Origin: Amoeboradix gromovi X-113
Taxonomy: Eukaryota; Fungi; Sanchytriomycota
Assembly: GCA_018985225.1 (NCBI GenBank)
Contig: JADGIF010000248.1
Location: 1-12,902, forward strand
Direction of reading: 5' to 3'
DNA: 12,902 nt
Position numbers and translations under genes: made by a program. Below, piece after piece: positions 7,459-12,902 of the stretch (position 1 is the first letter of the stretch; each line of letters opens with the position of its first letter). The notes below the pieces were generated by a model. It did not search any database and was not told the origin of the DNA. It saw nothing but the letters and a program-made list of their open reading frames with translations.

Positions 7459-8443
7459 ATGGAAGGTAAAATTGAATCTGGAGTGAGGGTGTTAGGATTG
7501 GATGTAATCAAAGAAGAGACAGGTGGCAACTTGCAGTTGTATGTCATTCAAGTAGTACAAGGCCATAAACAGTATTACATATTCAGAAGATACTCTGAGA
7601 TAAAGGAAGTGTACTATATACAACTGAAGATGGACTCATCTTATTTCTCAACTCAGTCATTAAATGATGGTTTAGACAAGGATATACTGACTATACAGCA
7701 AACATTGGAACAAATTCCAATTCAGAAATTAAAGAATTTCATAAAACCAAGTTTTTATGATATTCAGTTATGCAAGACATCAGCTTGCCTAAAAAGAATA
7801 GAACAAGTAAATGTACAAAGATCAGCTACTCTGAGCGGATACAAAGATGAGGGAATTACTTTGGAGATACTAAGTCACTACTTAGATGACGTTGTGAATA
7901 CTAAATTTATAGATTCAGATCATTTGAGTATCGCAGATGATATATTGCAAGTCAAAGCGAACCACTTTGGTTTACCGTTAGCTAGATCGCTCTCAGATCC
8001 TGCTAATAAGAAAGTACTCCATTCTAACTCGAGTTTGCATTTGAGATTTGATTTGAATGACGTCTACGACTTTCTAAGTATCACGTTTCTCAGTACAAAG
8101 CGAAACTTACTTACGAAGAATTATGTCATTCATGTAGCTATTGGTAGAACTATTCATGCTAGAAATCATTACACAATTTTAAGAACTATAGGGCAGGTTA
8201 AACAGTTTTACGATACTATCATTTATGCAGTTGAGAATGGTCTTGATAACGTCAGATCAAGTAGATTATTGTCATTTGACAAATTTAAAGCAAACAATTG
8301 TCAAGAATTGAATCAGCTATTTCAGGTAATTAAGTTTAACTTAGTTTCTCGACTACTTGGTGTTTAAAAGATTGAACAACGATATATATGGATTTTTAAG
8401 AGAAACATTGGATGACCAGGTATTTAGTCAACATACAAAATAG
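7459..8443 (+). CDS. Putative tandem PX-like domain protein; join(7459..8325,8345..8443), 321 aa
   Basis: First in-frame ATG at 7459. PX-like YVIQV...YYIFRRYSEI, and a second YVIHV...YTILRTIGQVKQFYD. Splicing out 8326-8344 gives ...LNQLFQ|FLDYLVFKRLNNDIYGFLRET...*, a PX-like terminal L..FL...FL helix pattern. That stop (8441-8443) is followed by AATAAA at 8453-8458. Confidence 0.7.
8326..8344 (+). other. 19-nt spliceosomal intron (phase 0)
   Basis: CAG|GTAATTAAGTTTAACTTAG|TTT; same length and putative branch-A position as the TBP intron. Confidence 0.72.
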
Positions 8444-8639
8444 TTCATGTTAAATAAACAGTGTATAACTTAAAAGCGATCTAACCAGCCTAAGCAGGTT
8501 CTGGGAAAGAATTAAATCGAGATTTTGATCGAATTTTTTAATTAAATAGGGATTTTCCCCATTTTTTTGGAAGGACATCGAGTGATTGTATAGTGGTTGT
8601 GTGCGGAAATATCTTCTGGCATACAAATACAGCTGGGAC

Positions 8640-8674
8640 CCCTACCCCGGAGAACCTGGCCATTGGGGGTAGGG
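8640..8674. repeat. GC-rich 9-bp inverted repeat (17-nt loop)
   Basis: CCCTACCCC (8640-8648) / GGGGTAGGG (8666-8674), in an otherwise AT-rich intergenic region. Confidence 0.8.
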
Positions 8675-11028
8675 TTAAACCAAGTTGATCGTTTGTCCGT
8701 TACCGCAGGAACTATCAATGTCGTTGGCAAATAAAAAGTCTTTCAATGTGAGAACAATGCGAATGTAGTGTATGTGCCAGGAATATTATAGGCAGCAGTA
8801 TGAATGTTATGAAAGCTACATAGACTCAAGTTGAGACCATATTAACAAGTGTAAAGAAATAGGAACGAATGTTGGTGATTTAAACATCTTTCTTGAATTT
8901 GCTGTTCGCCAAGAGTTTGGGGATGCATAATGTCATCGAACCTTGCATGTGATTTCAATTCGTTTGCAGAATCTAAAAACGAAACTTCTCCATTAACAAT
9001 TTTTTGCGAAAGATTCAGTGAAATTGAGTTAAATTTATAAAATATATTTGGGGCCTCACCGGACAAAATACTTTTTACTACTGTTTCCAACTAGTTGAAA
9101 TAAATGGCTTGAAACATTCATCTATGAAAATGCTTGTCTACTCTGAAATATTGTGCGACAAATTTGTAAATAACAACGATGGGCAGTATCCTTGGTCGGA
9201 TGAAATTTCTGATGATGCGTATGAAAATAACTGGCTCCCTGATATGTTTCCCGACATCTTTTATAAGGAAATTACATTTGTGAATTGAGCTGATAAGATA
9301 AAGAAAGACCCTCCTACATATTCTAAAATAACTGACGCTACTGATTGCAGTACTGTCGTTTGTTTGCATCCTCGACTGTCTATGAATGTTGTTGTGAAAA
9401 AAGTCCTATTGGCAAAACTCAGCATAAGTGCAAACTGTATCCTGATACTATCACAAAATTACTAGAAGAGTTAAAGATAAGTTTATTGAGGAAACAGATT
9501 CAAGTTTCCAGTGTTAATGGAGTTTGTAAAAACAAGTGGGACATCAAATATAAAAACTGGACTAACTTGTAGTAACAACTTGGAACATTATTTCAGCTTT
9601 ATTACTTTATGGATTCAAGAGGCGAGTGGACATTCAGCTAGTTGCGGAGTTGACGAGTATAAAAGGAAAATAAATAACTTTTTGTATCGAATTTCAAAAA
9701 TAAATATTCTGTACAGCTATTCTCTTACTCTTTCAAATAAAATATCACTATTAACATACAAAATGACTCTAGAAAAGAGTACAGTCTAAGAAAATGCACC
9801 TTTTGCTTAGATGCTCAAAGACCTCATATATTTGAAAGAGATGCAGGGTCTTCTAGTTTTATTTTAAAAAGAGGAATACAATCAATGAAAGAAAATTTGT
9901 ATAATAGAAGAAGATCTTTTATTAATGATAGCATTACCTCAGTGAGTTAGTCTAGTTTTTATATTTGGTGTCCCAAATGTTAACGATGAGCTTAGCAAAC
10001 CTAATATAACAATTACGCGTTTAATAGATACTCGGAAATCAAGAATTTGCTCGTCAAAATGGATTTTTAGCTTTAAAAAAAATTTATGATTAGTCTTACA
10101 TGCATAGCTTTCCCTGGGATATACTTGAAATAGACGAGATCTCTAAACTTTTAAAGAATATAAACGTCTGGTTAAGCTATTTGAAAAGTATAATGACTGA
10201 AGTATTAGACCAACCAATTGTTGCTGCTAAACTTGTGAGAAACAAAATTCTTACAAGTTTTGCAGAGCTTTTCCCTTACTTGCTTGGATGGTACTTTAGG
10301 CTCAAATTTAAAGAAGGGCTCATTTGTTCGCTTTAATGACTCATATTTCATTTTCTCTGAATTCGAAAACAATTGCCATGGTATCATCTTTCAACTAGCT
10401 ACCATAATTTAGCATTCAAACTTCATCTAAATTGCTTCAAACCAAAAGTTATTGAGAATCAATGCGACTAGAAGAATTGACTATAACAACCTACTAGCAA
10501 TGAAGAATTTAAATGCTTATTTACAACAGATGCCCAGCAGCGCTCTGCACTTGAGACTAATGCGTCATTCTTATTCATTCCTCTATTTTTTCAAAATGGG
10601 CAATTTAGCATCTTATTCAGCTGGCTATTATGTCCTCATTTAAAATTAAAGTTTCCAATTGTTTTAACCAATGGTCGTGCTAAGAGTCGTTTGCATTATA
10701 ATTATTATTTGACTCACTATAATATAGGATTGACACACCATCTCAGTGCGCTGCTTGTGCAAAGCCTAATATGTTTTGGACAGGCTTTGAATACCTTGAA
10801 TAATCGAAAAACGGTTAGATTTACAACGTGAAAAGAATAAATCATTGATTTAAATAATTATCTTACACAAGTTCTCTACTCTTGAGAAATGTAAATTCTG
10901 AATTCTTCCAAAATTTCACATTTAACATTGGGATTTCGTTATTCTCATCAAGGATTAGCATATTTGGATGCACGGTTGTCATTTTGTTGCGGCAATGTTT
11001 CTTGAAATTACCTGCTTGCCAAGATATT

Positions 11029-11076
11029 GATTGGCTAAAATATAATTTTAATTTATTAAAATCAATTTCTCCCCTT
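11029..11076 (+). promoter_or_regulatory. TBP core promoter candidates: reverse CCAAT box and TCCCCTT motif
   Basis: GATTGG at 11029-11034 and TCCCCTT at 11070-11076. The same motif pair occurs at similar spacing upstream of cofilin, ChaC and the kinase. Confidence 0.55.
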
Positions 11077-11096
11077 CCAACAGTTTAACTCTAAAT

Positions 11097-11745
11097 ATGG
11101 ATCCAAATCCTGCTTTCCCTGTTAATGCATTGGTTCCAGGACAAACAGCTATCCCTACAATAATCCCAGGTGCCAACACTAATGGTATTATACCTACACT
11201 TCAGAATATCGTAGCCACTGTGAATCTCGATTGTAAATTAGATTTAAAAACAATAGCACTGCATGCTAGAAATGCCGAATATAATCCTAAGCGATTTGCT
11301 GCTGTTATTATGCGTATTCGGGATCCAAAAACAACGGCGCTAATCTTCTCAAGTGGCAAAATGGTAGTTACAGGAGCTAAATCTGAAGAGCAATCTCGTT
11401 TAGCTGCTAGAAAATATGCTAGAATTATTCAGAAGTTAGGTTTTCCTGCGAGGTTTACTGAATTCAAGTACTTTTTACTCATTTAGAGTTCAGAATATTG
11501 TCGGTAGCTGCGATGTCAAGTTTCCAATTAGATTAGAGGGGTTAGCTTACGCGCATGGCCAGTTTAGCAGTTATGAGCCTGAACTTTTTCCAGGCCTTAT
11601 TTATCGAATGGTCAAGCCAAAGGTCGTTTTGCTAATATTTGTTTCAGGTAAAATCGTAATTACTGGTGCCAAGTTTAGAGAAGAGATTTATCAGGGGTTT
11701 GAGAATATATATCCTGTACTAGCGGAGTTCAGAAAGCAAAACTAG
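11097..11745 (+). CDS. SPT15: TATA-box binding protein; join(11097..11467,11487..11745), 209 aa
   Basis: Exon 1 encodes [10 protein letters not shown]...[36 protein letters not shown]...FTEF. Exon 2, in a different frame, encodes [19 protein letters not shown]...[34 protein letters not shown]...[11 protein letters not shown]. The ORF track shows only exon 1 read through the intron. Confidence 0.97.
11468..11486 (+). other. 19-nt spliceosomal intron (phase 2)
   Basis: AA|GTACTTTTTACTCATTTAG|A. Removal restores the conserved FK(I/V)QNIV junction of TBP with no extra or missing residue; retention ends the frame at TAG 11484-11486. Confidence 0.92.
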
Positions 11746-11777
11746 CTTTAATAAATGTTTTATTTATTTATTTTATT
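11746..11777. terminator. Shared bidirectional polyadenylation region between convergent TBP and kinase genes
   Basis: The two stop codons are 27 nt apart. AATAAA lies on + at 11750-11755 and on - at 11772-11777, 11767-11772, 11763-11768 and 11759-11764. Confidence 0.65.
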
Positions 11778-12624
11778 GTGGACTATTTTCAAAGGCAGAA
11801 TCCCAACTGCCAACTATAATTTTGTCGTCTGATTTAATGTCAATGGCTTCATCCCAATGGAAAATGTCATCCGCAAACTTTTCAATCTTTTTAAACTCAA
11901 GTTGCAGTTCACGAGCAGTGATTCTCTGCTTAGGGTCTAAGTTCAACAGTTTAGTTAATACACTCAATATTCCATCTGAAAAAGGGTATAATGTCAGTAG
12001 AAATGCTTTAGGATCTTCCGTAAATCGTTTGAATGCCTCATCGTTAGTGCTAGGCCAAGGGTCCTCACCACATAATAAGTTGATCAGCAGTAGTCCTAAA
12101 GACCACATATCTTGCTTTGAAGCATCGTAAAGAGAGCCTGCAGATACCTCTGGAGCGCAAAACATAGAAGTCCCGCACTCATCAGAAACATAACGATCTG
12201 TGCAAGCTAAACCAAAGTCAGCTAAAAGAGCTCTCTTTTTATAAATCATTATGTTCTCGGGCTTTATATCCCTGTGATATATAGATTTATCATGAAGGTA
12301 ACAAACAGCGTCCACGATTTCTGAAAAATAAGATTTAACTTCAGAATCCATGATCATAAAGCTGTTCATTAAGGAATAAACATCGTATTCGCAACACGGC
12401 ATAACAACGTAGATGTTATCGTTGGACTTGATCACTTTGTTGATAGGTAGAATGTTGGGGTGGCAACATCTACTCTGAATATCAACTTCTAGCAAACTCC
12501 ATTCATCACGCTTAATTTCTTTCACAGCCAACTCTTTACCATCAGTATCCATCATTTTATAGACCGTACCGAAAGAACCATGCCCGATCTCACCAACTAG
12601 CTTACCTATTGTTGAAAGAGACAT
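11773..12624 (-). CDS. Ser/Thr protein kinase, Ran1/Pat1 (Sks1/Vhs1)-like
   Basis: 283 aa: GHGSFGTVY, AVK, HRDIKPEN, LADFGLA, CAPE, DMWSLGLLLINLLCGEDPW. The xxNLxCGxxPW stretch is typical of the fungal Ran1-like group; the subfamily call is less certain than the kinase call. Confidence 0.9.
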   Translation of the reverse strand: MSLSTIGKLVGEIGHGSFGTVYKMMDTDGKELAVKEIKRDEWSLLEVDIQSRCCHPNILPINKVIKSNDNIYVVMPCCEYDVYSLMNSFMIMDSEVKSYFSEIVDAVCYLHDKSIYHRDIKPENIMIYKKRALLADFGLACTDRYVSDECGTSMFCAPEVSAGSLYDASKQDMWSLGLLLINLLCGEDPWPSTNDEAFKRFTEDPKAFLLTLYPFSDGILSVLTKLLNLDPKQRITARELQLEFKKIEKFADDIFHWDEAIDIKSDDKIIVGSWDSAFENSPQ

Positions 12625-12902
12625 ACTTAATCGAGTTGCGGGGAAAAGGAAGAGGGCATTTTAATAAATTTAGATATTACTGCTGACCAATCAGGTAATG
12701 AATGAGTGGTCATGCAGATCTGCAACTCAATTCGAGAATTTTCTTACCAATCGAAGGTAACAGACATAATTTTAATTACTTGACATTGAAAAGGGAGGAC
12801 CACGAGATTCACTAGTTATCCAATTTTATTGAATAAATCATTTATCGTGATTTCATGAGCTCCATCGCTCAACAAGTTCTCTTTCTTAACTTCTCTAACC
12901 AC

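Noticed and set aside
7416-7487. Alternative PX first exon from ATG 7416 with a 22-nt intron 7466-7487
   Set aside because: The frame would work, but the acceptor is GAG with no branch-like motif, unlike the two supported introns; ATG 7459 is simpler.
8638-8677. Telomerase-template-like words (TAACCCTA on minus, ACCCCTACCCC on plus)
   Set aside because: Short matches that lie inside the hairpin stem; the organism's telomere repeat is unknown.
8842-11088. Short ORFs 8842-9090, 9118-9369, 10205-10387, 10452-10643 and 10882-11088 as genes
   Set aside because: No recognisable motifs, several have non-ATG starts, and 10882-11088 runs through the TBP promoter.
11097-11486. TBP as a truncated 129-aa protein, pseudogene or programmed frameshift
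   Set aside because: A GT-AG 19-nt intron restores the exact conserved junction, and both halves are intact.
11822-12130. 102-aa plus-strand ORF
   Set aside because: Antisense shadow of the kinase gene.
2530-12624. Alternative genetic code (TAA/TAG read as Gln)
   Set aside because: Conserved proteins end at TAA or TAG at their expected C-termini and have no internal TAR codons.
2530-12624. Functional gene cluster among the housekeeping genes
   Set aside because: Unrelated functions and mixed orientation; ordinary dense eukaryotic gene order.

Overview
AT-rich, gene-dense eukaryotic DNA in the standard genetic code; the proteins look fungal or from an early-diverging fungal relative (inference). 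It holds seven complete housekeeping genes: ChaC gamma-glutamylcyclotransferase, cofilin, Ubc13, eIF5B, a tandem PX-like protein, TBP and a Ran1/Pat1-like kinase. The 5' part of an orphan secreted-protein gene runs off the left edge. Signals the ORF track misses: (1) two tandem decayed minus-strand copies of the C-terminus of a TnpB/Fanzor-type RNA-guided nuclease at about 1.1-2.0 kb, one overlapped by a long stem-loop where an omega-RNA would be expected; (2) two 19-nt GT-AG introns (TBP and PX genes) with the same geometry, plus a related 5'-splice-site/branch module upstream of eIF5B; (3) a compact gene grammar of CCAATC near -60 to -70, TCCCC near -10 to -27, and AATAAA on or within 9 nt of every stop codon. 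A candidate structured RNA and a possible decayed gene lie at 8.5-10.9 kb. All family assignments come from motif recognition by eye; no searches were run.
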